Virus record (IMG/VR): IMGVR_UViG_2534681759_000011
Reading direction: 5' to 3' (one strand)
Length of the DNA: 37,514 nucleotides
DNA from: a virus
Taxonomy: Duplodnaviria > Heunggongvirae > Uroviricota > Caudoviricetes
Part shown: positions 29,416 through 37,514 of the stretch, one piece after another
Position numbering within the stretch: the stretch's first letter is position 1
How the letters are laid out: each line of letters opens with the position of its first letter
Notes under the pieces: model-generated
The model's input: the letters and a program-made list of their open reading frames with translations, nothing else
Databases searched by the model: none
What the model was told of the DNA's origin: nothing
Program-made: the position numbers and the translations under genes

Positions 29416-30003
29416 GTGCTGATTGGCTATGTAAGGGTATCAACAAATGACCAGAATACAGACCTGCAACGAAACGCTCTTGTTTGTGCAGGATGTGAAC
29501 AGATATTTGAAGATAAATTAAGCGGGACAAAGACAGACCGACCGGGATTAAAACGCGCTTTAAAGCGCCTTCAAAAAGGTGACACGCTGGTTGTCTGGAA
29601 ACTGGATCGCCTCGGGCGAAGCATGAAACATCTGATTTCTCTCGTCGGGGAACTACGGGAGCGAGGGATTAATTTTCGCAGTCTGACCGACAGCATAGAT
29701 ACATCTTCTCCAATGGGGCGTTTTTTCTTCCACGTGATGGGGGCCCTGGCTGAAATGGAACGTGAATTAATTGTTGAACGTACACTGGCCGGACTGGCGG
29801 CAGCGCGCGCACGGGGGCGCACAGGCGGACGTCGACCGAAGCTGACAAAAGAACAGCATGAGCAAATAGCAAGGCTGATTAAAAACGGTCACGACAGAAA
29901 ACAACTGGCAATAATTTACGGCATTGGTATATCGACGATTTATCGTTACCACCCCGCAGGAGAACCAAGCGGAACAATTGAGAAGAGTCAGGAAACAAAA
30001 TAA
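29416..30003 (+). CDS. Serine DNA invertase, Gin/Hin/Cin/Pin family
   Basis: GTG start behind GGGAGA; N-terminus (M)LIGYVRVSTNDQNTDLQRNAL… with catalytic Ser; nearly matches remembered Mu Gin over the catalytic domain; C-terminal HTH. Confidence 0.9.
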   Translation: MLIGYVRVSTNDQNTDLQRNALVCAGCEQIFEDKLSGTKTDRPGLKRALKRLQKGDTLVVWKLDRLGRSMKHLISLVGELRERGINFRSLTDSIDTSSPMGRFFFHVMGALAEMERELIVERTLAGLAAARARGRTGGRRPKLTKEQHEQIARLIKNGHDRKQLAIIYGIGISTIYRYHPAGEPSGTIEKSQETK

Positions 30004-30031
30004 CCGCTAATCTGACCATTAGCGGTTTTTG
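30004..30031 (+). terminator. Rho-independent terminator after the invertase gene
   Basis: Hairpin CCGCTAAT-N6-ATTAGCGG followed by TTTTT; sits between convergent genes. Confidence 0.6.
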
Positions 30032-30038
30032 TGTTAAA

Positions 30039-30533
30039 TCAGAACATCCCTTTAACTGAACTGGCCGCGCTGTTAAGAGATGATGTCACCTTATCTTTGA
30101 AGCCGGACAGCATATCGCTGAATGATGAGGATTGCAGGCGCTCCCGCAAATCCTCATCACAGCGTTCAAGTGTCAGTGAAAATTCTATCTTTTTCGCCTT
30201 ACCGTAGCGATCAAACTCGGAACGGGTCGTATTCGTTCCGGTCAGGACATACATGCCGTAAATCTGCCCGACACCATCAATCAGAGGCCAGGGGCGTCCT
30301 GTATATGCCTGCGTGGTCAGCAGCGAAAGCGACACTTCGCCACCTGTAATTTCAGGATAAAGCACGCCAGAAAGCACGATGCGATCATCACCTGCACCGA
30401 TATACTGCCAGCTTGCTGAGCGGTTTACGCGCTCATTTTTCACATGCCGCCAGCTTTTGTTTTGCTGTAACTGCTGATGCGGCAATGTGCGCAGCTCAAA
30501 AACAAACATGCCGTAGATCATCATCATGGCCAT
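30039..30533 (-). CDS. U: Tail protein U, P2 gpU family (164 aa)
   Basis: Size and position downstream of the tape measure gene. Confidence 0.75.
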   Translation of the reverse strand: MAMMMIYGMFVFELRTLPHQQLQQNKSWRHVKNERVNRSASWQYIGAGDDRIVLSGVLYPEITGGEVSLSLLTTQAYTGRPWPLIDGVGQIYGMYVLTGTNTTRSEFDRYGKAKKIEFSLTLERCDEDLRERLQSSSFSDMLSGFKDKVTSSLNSAASSVKGMF

Positions 30534-30539
30534 GACTCC

Positions 30540-33383
30540 TCAATCTTTATCGTAAAAACTGCCACGTCCGGCACGGGCGCGCCGTTCCATTTCTGCCCTG
30601 ACCATTTCACCGACCAGTTTCGCCAGTTCGCGGGGATTCTGTGTAACAACGTTATGCAGATGAACATGAATTTCACCGCCAAATCCGGAGGCAACAGGCT
30701 CCCGGTTACGGGAATTTGCAGGAACTGATGCCACTGGCGATCGTATAGCCTCCGCCACCGGGCGGGAGCTGGCCGCAACAACAGGGACCAGCGCCGGAGG
30801 CAGCGGAGCCGGAACCACGGGTGTGATAGTAATTGCGGGGGCAGGCTTACTGACCTGCGCAATCTTCCGCTCCTGCCACTCCCCACGAACAGCAAGTGCG
30901 CGGGGCAGGTTCTTAAAGACAATATCACCGGGGCCAATGCGTTTTTTCGTCTCATCAACCAGCTTACCTGTGTTATCAGCAATTTTGCTGAGTCTGCGTA
31001 GCGTACCGGTATTGCTGTCTGTGAGTGGTTTGTTGTCTTTGGGTTTATCACCTCCGGTGCCATTGCCATTTTCCACAGGCTTCGGCGGATTGATTTTCGC
31101 CAGGTCCCCCTGAAGCAAGGCAACCTTGTCCTGAAGAATGGCCGCACGCTGTGCGTCTTCGATTTTCTTGCGCGCCCTTTCAGCTTCATCCGGAAGGACG
31201 CCAAGTTTTTCAAGTATCCACGCCAGCGTATCCAGTAGCATTTTTGCAGGTGTCAGAACAAGCTGTAACGCACCGCCAAGAACGTTACCGAATATCTCGC
31301 CAGCACTGGTACATTTATCCAGCGTTTCCTTACTGGACTCCATCGGTGACAGCAGCGATTTAAACCAGTTAAACACCTGGCTGATCCCGCTTCCGATTGC
31401 GTCAAAAACAGGGCCAAACCGTTCAAAGGTTTCGCGCAACGGAGCCAGCCGTTCCATAATCCCACTGAACACCCCTGCATAAAACGCCTTGATGGGTTCC
31501 CAGTATTTCCAGATGAGAACCGCCGCAGCCACAAACGCAGCAGCAATCAATCCGACCGGACTGAACAGCGCCCCGATAGCGCCTCCCAGTAACGAAATGG
31601 AACCCGTCACCATTCCCCATAATGCAGGCAGAACCCTGACAACATTCAATGATCCGGTCAGGAGGGAAAAACCAAGACGCAGTTTTGCCAGTGGGCCAGC
31701 AAGCACACCAATAGCCAGCGACAACGAGCCTATGGTTGCAGTCATTGCCAGCAGAGCACCGCCTGCAACCAGTAGCTGGCGCGTCAGTGCCGGATGGGCC
31801 TGCGCCAGCGCCGTCACCTTCGATACCACCCGCGTGAGCCACTGCGTGACAGAACGCTGCGGACCGTCAATCAGATCTGCAATGCGGATGCGCACCCCTT
31901 CCCATGCACTGCCGAGTGATTTCAGATCGCCGTCAAGGTTGTTGGCCATAACCTTTGCTGTGCGTTCAGCCTCACCGCGCGCGCCTTCAAGTTCTTTTCT
32001 CAGTTTGGGTAAGGAGCCGTCACCTGCCGCATCAACGAGGGCCATAAATGATGTGAAAGCCTCTTCTCCGGCAATATCCTTAAAGAACGATACCCGGTCA
32101 ACTTCCCCGTATTTGCGGGTGGCTTTATAAAGGTCAGCCAGCAGATCTTCCATCGGGCGCATTTTGCCGTTCGCGTCAGAGACGGACACGCCCAGCTCTT
32201 TCAGCGCCTCTGCTGCTGCCTTTGGCGGTGATGCCAGACGAGCCAGGCTGGCACGCATTGCCGTCCCGGCATCACTCCCTCTGATACCCATATTCGCCAG
32301 CACGCCAGCCATCGCTGCAGCCTGCTCCAGCGATATTCCCAGCTTACCCGCCACCGGACCGGCATATTTCATGGTTTCGCCCAGTGCGCGAAGGTCAGTG
32401 TTGGTACGGGTAAACGCTGCAGTGAGTGTGTCACCGACCCGGTCCATCTGGTCAGCAGAAAGGCCGAACTGCGTCAGGATATTTGAGCCAATATCCGCCG
32501 TCTCGCCGAGATCCATACCGCCAGCCGTTGCCATGCTCAACACGCCGGGAAGCGCAGCCTGAATGGCCTGCGGTGTGAAGCCAGCCATTGCAAGAAATGC
32601 CTGCCCACTGGCGGCATCGCCTGCGGTGAACTGCGTTTCAGAGCCAAGTTTTAACGCCTGCTCACGCAGCGCCTTAAACTGCGGGCTGTTCTGGTCGATT
32701 CGCGTCAGCGCCTGAACGCGGGACATCTCTTTCCCGAACCCGATTGCGGGCTGCAAAAAACGCCCGGCAGCATAGCCGCCCGCCGCTGCCGCACCAATTG
32801 CCAGTACACCACCTGTTTTCAGTTTTCCCGCTGTTTCCTGCGCACGCGAATACCGCTCACGCGCCCGCGTTACACGCGTAAGCGACTGCCGTTCGCGTTC
32901 AAGCTGGTTGTTGTACTGTTCGGTGCGCCTGATGGCCTGTTGAATGGTGTTATCGCTGCCTGTCAGGGAAATGCCGTGGCGTTTCAGCTCTCCGCCAAGC
33001 TCCCGCATTTTCTGAATTTCCCGTATGCGCGATTCATTCAGGCGTTCAAGCCGGGTGCTTAACTGCTGCATCAGCTTTTGTTGCTTTTCGCTGAGCACTG
33101 TACCCGTGCGTTGTAACTGATTAAGGGCGTTAAGCTGGCGTCGTGCTTTCACGATACCCGCATCCGCTTTACTGACAGCGTCGCGGGCGCGCTCAAATGA
33201 ACGCGCCTGACGCTCGAGATTTTTGATCGCCCCCTGCGTTCGCTGGATGGAGTCACCAAACTGCCCCATCAGGCGGCGGGCGTTTTCGGCAGGCCGGGTC
33301 AGCCTGTCAACGGCGCTGAAAGCGACCCGGATATCAAGAGTCTTCATTGTCTGCATTCCCGCTGCGAAGTGCCGCCCGCTCAC
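30540..33383 (-). CDS. T: Tail tape measure protein, P2 gpT family (947 aa)
   Basis: Long, Ala/Gly-rich, helical with hydrophobic central segments; uninterrupted 2.8-kb reading frame. Confidence 0.85.
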   Translation of the reverse strand: MSGRHFAAGMQTMKTLDIRVAFSAVDRLTRPAENARRLMGQFGDSIQRTQGAIKNLERQARSFERARDAVSKADAGIVKARRQLNALNQLQRTGTVLSEKQQKLMQQLSTRLERLNESRIREIQKMRELGGELKRHGISLTGSDNTIQQAIRRTEQYNNQLERERQSLTRVTRARERYSRAQETAGKLKTGGVLAIGAAAAGGYAAGRFLQPAIGFGKEMSRVQALTRIDQNSPQFKALREQALKLGSETQFTAGDAASGQAFLAMAGFTPQAIQAALPGVLSMATAGGMDLGETADIGSNILTQFGLSADQMDRVGDTLTAAFTRTNTDLRALGETMKYAGPVAGKLGISLEQAAAMAGVLANMGIRGSDAGTAMRASLARLASPPKAAAEALKELGVSVSDANGKMRPMEDLLADLYKATRKYGEVDRVSFFKDIAGEEAFTSFMALVDAAGDGSLPKLRKELEGARGEAERTAKVMANNLDGDLKSLGSAWEGVRIRIADLIDGPQRSVTQWLTRVVSKVTALAQAHPALTRQLLVAGGALLAMTATIGSLSLAIGVLAGPLAKLRLGFSLLTGSLNVVRVLPALWGMVTGSISLLGGAIGALFSPVGLIAAAFVAAAVLIWKYWEPIKAFYAGVFSGIMERLAPLRETFERFGPVFDAIGSGISQVFNWFKSLLSPMESSKETLDKCTSAGEIFGNVLGGALQLVLTPAKMLLDTLAWILEKLGVLPDEAERARKKIEDAQRAAILQDKVALLQGDLAKINPPKPVENGNGTGGDKPKDNKPLTDSNTGTLRRLSKIADNTGKLVDETKKRIGPGDIVFKNLPRALAVRGEWQERKIAQVSKPAPAITITPVVPAPLPPALVPVVAASSRPVAEAIRSPVASVPANSRNREPVASGFGGEIHVHLHNVVTQNPRELAKLVGEMVRAEMERRARAGRGSFYDKD

Positions 33384-33497
33384 GCCAGCTAACCACTTCG
33401 CCGGGCGTCATCATGAAGATTTCGGCGGGCGACCAGTTAAAAATAACGGCAATATCTGCCACAAAGTCTTCTATGTGCTCAAAGCACACAACCGTGA

Positions 33498-33863
33498 TCA
33501 GGCTTCCGTCGCCTGTTCGTTCTTCCCGCCAGAGTCCGCACCGCTCAAAAAATTTACGGCAACCACACATAACTGAATAAAGTCACGGGATGCCATTTTT
33601 TTGATCGTCACTTCATCCAGTCGCGGTGATGTCACGCGTGACAGCAGCGTAAACATGGATTCCGCTTTCAGATTCAGCACATCAGACAACGACAAATCTC
33701 GCAGAGATCCAGCCTGCTCAATAGCTCCGGTGATCTCCACATACGTGATTTTTTCGCCGCCTCGCTCAATTGGTTGGGTAAGTTTTACGCCACGCTCACT
33801 GGTTTCTTTCACAGTGTCAGCAACGACCGTGTTTTCGGTATCGATGTTTTTCGTCTCTTTCAT
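33498..33863 (-). CDS. E: Tail assembly chaperone E; the E' product extends to 33334 by programmed -1 frameshift
   Basis: E frame ends …VNFLSGADSGGKNEQATEA; the -1 frame entered at the TTTTTTG slip site continues KFFERCGLW… to a stop at 33334, overlapping the T start. Confidence 0.75.
   Translation of the reverse strand: MKETKNIDTENTVVADTVKETSERGVKLTQPIERGGEKITYVEITGAIEQAGSLRDLSLSDVLNLKAESMFTLLSRVTSPRLDEVTIKKMASRDFIQLCVVAVNFLSGADSGGKNEQATEA
33545..33551 (-). promoter_or_regulatory. Slippery heptamer T-TTT-TTG for programmed -1 ribosomal frameshifting (E to E')
   Basis: Minus-strand sequence AAATTTTTTGAG; same slip site as described for P2 E/E' and analogous to lambda G/GT. Confidence 0.6.
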
Positions 33864-33917
33864 CAGGAAACTCCTTTCAGTCAGAGGCGACGCACTGCGC
33901 CGCCTGCATATTACTTA

Positions 33918-34430
33918 TCAGCCAAGCCCAAGCGCGGAACGGATGCGATCGGGCACAATGTCCTTGCCGTCCTTCCGGTAAATGAAGTTCAGCAGGTCAA
34001 TCTCCCACAACGGGCGATCGTTAACACTCAGCTTGTAGTAGGTGTTTTTAATGGCGTAAGTGTGTGATGTGGCTTCGCCCTGTTTGGCTTCCCCCATATC
34101 AATTTCCGTCACACGTCCGCGCATTTCGACTTCATACAGGTCGCTTTCTGCATCGGTGTAGTATTCACCCGCAAAACGCAGCAGCGTGCCGTCAATCGTG
34201 CCGCCATACTTCAGGAACAGCTCACGAACTGCGCCCCCCATGACAAAGCTCGCATCAAGCGCGGAGTCGTCCAGACCGAGATCAATACTTACCGCACCCA
34301 TCATGCCACCACCCCGGTAGCTGTCGGTTTTGCGCGTCAGCTTAGGCAGAGTGACGGACGTCACCTTACCCACTTCGTTTTCACCATCCACAAACAGCGT
34401 AAAAAAGCGAAGATGTTTTGGCACAGCCAT
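33918..34430 (-). CDS. FII: Tail tube protein, P2 gpFII family (170 aa)
   Basis: Size and position after the sheath gene. Confidence 0.85.
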   Translation of the reverse strand: MAVPKHLRFFTLFVDGENEVGKVTSVTLPKLTRKTDSYRGGGMMGAVSIDLGLDDSALDASFVMGGAVRELFLKYGGTIDGTLLRFAGEYYTDAESDLYEVEMRGRVTEIDMGEAKQGEATSHTYAIKNTYYKLSVNDRPLWEIDLLNFIYRKDGKDIVPDRIRSALGLG

Positions 34431-35614
34431 CAGGCACCTCCCAGCACCGCAAATGCAGGTTCAAAGTATTCATCAGTAAACGTCTGGTAAAGCTCCATGT
34501 CTTCCAGTGGCGGAACAGGCGTATATTTGTAGCGAATACGCACACGCCCCTGACGTAAATCCGTGGTGCTGTTATCCACCACGTCATACCAGCACTCCGC
34601 GCCAATCAGTTTCCCGGCAGTAACCAGTGAATCCAGTTTTGCCCTGATGGCACTGATAACATCCTTCACGTTCGCAGGCGTCAGTGGACTGTCGATGGTT
34701 TCAAACTGCGCTTCTGCAATTGAATCAGCCAGCACCTGTGCGGTTCGGGTATACACCTCAAAGATGTAGGCGTTCGTTTCCGGTGTGCGGTTGCCCCAGA
34801 AGCGGAACCCGTTGCGACGAATAATGGTCGTGATTTCTTTGTTGTTGAGGCTGTTGGCATCACTGTCTTCGGCCTGCAACGACCAGAACACATGCCTGGA
34901 CATTCCCAGCACATTTTTAACAGGAACGTTGGACAGCGATTTGTGCCAGCCCTGCTCATGGTCAATGTACGCACGAAGGCCGCACGCATAGGCAGGCGCG
35001 GGGAACGTTTCGTTTTTGCCACTTTTCGGGTTGTAGGCGATGAAGTCCGGCCATAAGAGCATCACCTCACGTTCGTTGAATTTCTGGCGGTAGGTAATCG
35101 CCTCAGCCATCGTGTTACAGCCGTGACATGAGGCATACACAAACGCGCGCAGTTTACCCGCAATCACGCACAGGGATTTTGTTACCGCCTCCGTGTCCAG
35201 CTCCGGCGCGGCCAGAATACGCGGACGGTATCCGATGCTTTCATCCTGCTCTGCAACAAGCAGCGCATACATCCCCGTATAGCTGCCGTCAGATTCAGAA
35301 CCACCGATAACCAGTTGATCCTGCGTTTTTCCGTCTTCTTCTTTGTGTTCAGCCACGCGAACGACGATCACCTTTGTGCTCACCTGGTCTGCGATGGCCT
35401 TAAGCGCACGATAAAGCGTCCCCGTTGTCCCGCATTTTCCCAGCACGTCATTGACGCGGGTCAGCAGTGTGGGCTTGTTCAGCGGGAACAGCTTCGCGTC
35501 CGCATCATCCGCCGTTGCCACGATACCGATAACGCTGGAATCAACATCGTTAATCGCTGTTACCAGGTCGGTATTTTCCGTAACACGGGCACCATGAAAA
35601 CGAGTTTCACTCAT
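34430..35614 (-). CDS. FI: Contractile tail sheath protein, P2 gpFI family (394 aa)
   Basis: Size and remembered gpFI similarity. Confidence 0.9.
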   Translation of the reverse strand: MSETRFHGARVTENTDLVTAINDVDSSVIGIVATADDADAKLFPLNKPTLLTRVNDVLGKCGTTGTLYRALKAIADQVSTKVIVVRVAEHKEEDGKTQDQLVIGGSESDGSYTGMYALLVAEQDESIGYRPRILAAPELDTEAVTKSLCVIAGKLRAFVYASCHGCNTMAEAITYRQKFNEREVMLLWPDFIAYNPKSGKNETFPAPAYACGLRAYIDHEQGWHKSLSNVPVKNVLGMSRHVFWSLQAEDSDANSLNNKEITTIIRRNGFRFWGNRTPETNAYIFEVYTRTAQVLADSIAEAQFETIDSPLTPANVKDVISAIRAKLDSLVTAGKLIGAECWYDVVDNSTTDLRQGRVRIRYKYTPVPPLEDMELYQTFTDEYFEPAFAVLGGA

Positions 35615-35771
35615 AGCTTCAGCCCCTTGTATCCGTTAAATGATTCGGCAACAATCATCACCCACCACGCGCGTAATCTCACCCCTGCGCCGTTCTCCCG
35701 CCACGGCGACAACAAAAAGCAGTAACCCCCTCCGCACGCACATGCGACCATGCCGCACAGGGAGGGAGCAG

Positions 35772-36881
35772 ATGACCGACACCACCATGCAATTGCTCAG
35801 TCAGGGCACAGACCCCGTAAAAATGCCGGATTTTGATATTCTCGCGGAGGGTAAAACGCTGTCAGGCGTGGCAGAGCGCCTGATGAGCCTGTCACTGACC
35901 GACAACCGGGGATTTGAGGCGGACCAGCTCACCATCACGCTGGATGATGCGGATGGTCAGTTGCTGCTACCGCCACGGGGCGCGCGCCTGACGGTTCTCA
36001 TTGGCTGGAAAGGAGAACCGCTGACAGAAAAAGGCACTTACATTGTTGATGAAATCGCTCACGAAGGACCGCCGGACAGGCTGACTGTTTCAGCCAGAAG
36101 CGCAGATTTTCGGGATGAATTTAACGTTAAACGTGAGGTGTCCTGGCATGATGTGACCGTTGAGCGTGTGGTATCCGCCATCGCTCATCGGTATGGTCTG
36201 AAACCGCAAATCAGCGAAATGCTGATGGATATCGAAATCGACCACGCCGACCAGACCGAAGAAAGCGACATGTCCTTCCTTACGCGCATGGCGGAAATGC
36301 TGGGCGCAATCACCACGGTAAAAAGCGGCAATCTGTTATTCATCATGCCCGGCGGTGGCGTGAACGCACAGGGCCAGCCGTTGCCATCGTTCGCCATCAC
36401 ACGCAGCAGCGGCGATCGCCATCAGTTCCGCATTGCTGACCGCGAAGCGTATACGGGGGTACGCGCTTACTGGCTTGATCTTAATTACGGGAAAAAGAAA
36501 AAAGTCAGCGTGAAACGCCGCAAACCGCCAAAACCGAAAAAAGAGAAAAGCAGCAGCCGTGAAGGTGATTATATGGAAGGCGCGGAAGGCAATGTGTTTG
36601 TGTTACGCAAGACTTATCAGAACGAGCAGGCAGCAAGACGCGCAGCGGCGGCAAAGTGGCAACAACTACAACGCGGAGCCGCATCATTCTCCATCACGCT
36701 GGCACGTGGACGAGCAGAACTCTACCCCGAAATGCATGGCACGGTAACAGGATTTAAAAGCGAGATTGATAATCAGGACTGGATTATTGCAAAAGCCGGG
36801 CACACCATTGATAACAGCGGCTTTACCACGCAGCTTGAGCTTGAGGCAAAAATCCCGGAATGGATAGCGGAAACAGAGTGA
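35772..36881 (+). CDS. D: Tail protein D, P2 gpD family
   Basis: ATG at 35772 behind GGGAGGGAG; annotated ORF begins 132 nt upstream in frame; divergent from FI. Confidence 0.8.
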   Translation: MTDTTMQLLSQGTDPVKMPDFDILAEGKTLSGVAERLMSLSLTDNRGFEADQLTITLDDADGQLLLPPRGARLTVLIGWKGEPLTEKGTYIVDEIAHEGPPDRLTVSARSADFRDEFNVKREVSWHDVTVERVVSAIAHRYGLKPQISEMLMDIEIDHADQTEESDMSFLTRMAEMLGAITTVKSGNLLFIMPGGGVNAQGQPLPSFAITRSSGDRHQFRIADREAYTGVRAYWLDLNYGKKKKVSVKRRKPPKPKKEKSSSREGDYMEGAEGNVFVLRKTYQNEQAARRAAAAKWQQLQRGAASFSITLARGRAELYPEMHGTVTGFKSEIDNQDWIIAKAGHTIDNSGFTTQLELEAKIPEWIAETE

Positions 36882-36923
36882 GCAACTTAGAATAGCGGCA
36901 GCACCACGTTAAGGGAGGTCGCT

Positions 36924-37184
36924 ATGTTCCGTTGTCCGCTTTGTGGCGCATCTGCCCGTATCCGCACCAGTCGTCCGGAAAATGATTCAAACACCGTGCG
37001 GCAAAAGTATTACCAGTGTAACAACCTGGAATGCGGCGTATGCTTCTCAACACTGGAAGCTTTCCATAAATTCACATCGAAACACGCCTCCGGCGTTCAC
37101 TCATCAGAAGGTATCCCGTGGCATGAGCTGCCAGCTTCACACAGGGGAAACAATCAGATGAGTTTGCCTTTACCTCAGAATTAA
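36924..37184 (+). CDS. ogr: Ogr/Delta-family zinc-finger late-gene transcriptional activator (86 aa)
   Basis: MFRCPLCGASARIRTSR…YYQCNNLECGVCF: Cys4 zinc-finger arrangement of Ogr; RBS GGGAGG. Confidence 0.85.
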   Translation: MFRCPLCGASARIRTSRPENDSNTVRQKYYQCNNLECGVCFSTLEAFHKFTSKHASGVHSSEGIPWHELPASHRGNNQMSLPLPQN

Positions 37185-37373
37185 CAGGCAGAATTGCCGG
37201 AGTAACAAAAAAGCGATAGATTACGTGCGGGTGCCTTTCGGCTGATGGTCGGAGGGAATACCCGAAGGCCGGATGTGGAAAGGCCCCGGAAAACATTTCT
37301 GTTTAACCGAGGCCCTAACCCGTCAACCTAGCAAGTGATAGGTTAGCGCCTCTCCAACAAAGGAGCAAGCGCT

Positions 37374-37514
37374 ATGTCGCAAAAATCGCTTACGGCCATC
37401 ACGTTCTGCGTGACGGTAATCCTCATCATCTGGATGCTGCACGGTTCGCTGTGTGAAATACGGATGAGCTTCTGGGGAGCGGAGTTTGCGGCGTTCTTAC
37501 AGTGTAAGCAGTAA
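37374..37514 (+). CDS. Hok/Gef-family type I toxin (46 aa)
   Basis: MSQKSLTAITFCVTVILIIWMLHGSLCEIRMSFWGAEFAAFLQCKQ: one transmembrane helix followed by the Hok hallmark SLCEIR; RBS AAGGAG; GC-rich structured leader 37200-37373; below the ORF-track length threshold. Confidence 0.7.
   Translation: MSQKSLTAITFCVTVILIIWMLHGSLCEIRMSFWGAEFAAFLQCKQ

Noticed and set aside
30823-32562. Plus-strand ORFs (96-213 aa) opposite the tape measure gene
   Set aside because: Ser/Ala/Pro-rich antisense translations of an Ala/Gly-rich gene; no independent support.
30004-35771. A third gix-like site that would let the resident invertase flip the FI-U tail block
   Set aside because: Neither boundary (30004-30038, 35615-35771) contains the AAACC-N2-GGTTT core or any shared inverted repeat that I could find.
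37072-37296. 74-aa minus-strand ORF overlapping the 3' end of ogr and the hok-like leader
   Set aside because: Antisense to ogr with no RBS; the region is better explained as ogr plus the structured hok-like mRNA leader.

Overview
The window is an almost complete P2-family (Peduovirus-like) prophage of an enterobacterium, running from the integrase stop codon (position 1) to a hok-like toxin gene just beyond ogr (37514). All calls rest on reading the translated ORFs and the DNA by eye and on remembered family sequences; no database search was run. Layout: int, two AT-rich moron genes and an HTH repressor on the minus strand (1-2455); a rightward early operon of small genes (2531-5849) interrupted by an IS21-family (IS100-like) element (about 5790-7728); the rolling-circle replication gene A (7777-10584); a ParM/ParR-like actin-type partition cassette with palindromic sites (10534-11936); an orphan Cys/His-rich small gene behind a structured leader (12199-12570); a noncoding, probably cos/packaging region (12604-13130); an uncharacterised gene wedged between that region and the portal gene (13131-13655); the head module Q-P / O-N-M-L; X, holin, M15 endolysin and spanins; R-S-V-W-J-I baseplate genes; tail-fibre gene H with expanded 132-bp tandem repeats; a Mu G-segment-like invertible tail-fibre cassette bounded by gix sites with a Gin-like invertase (26407-30003); the sheath-to-U tail module on the opposite strand (30039-35614); then D, ogr and the hok-like gene. 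Candidate novel cargo sits in the two AT-rich moron regions: the repressor-operon pair at 1008-2035 and the genome-terminus region between gene A and the portal. Several genes carry reading-frame lesions (istA, R, H, both tail-fibre C-terminal segments, one tail-fibre assembly gene), mostly single-base indels in repeat-prone DNA, so either the prophage is decaying or the assembly is unpolished there. attL and attR are not identifiable inside the window.
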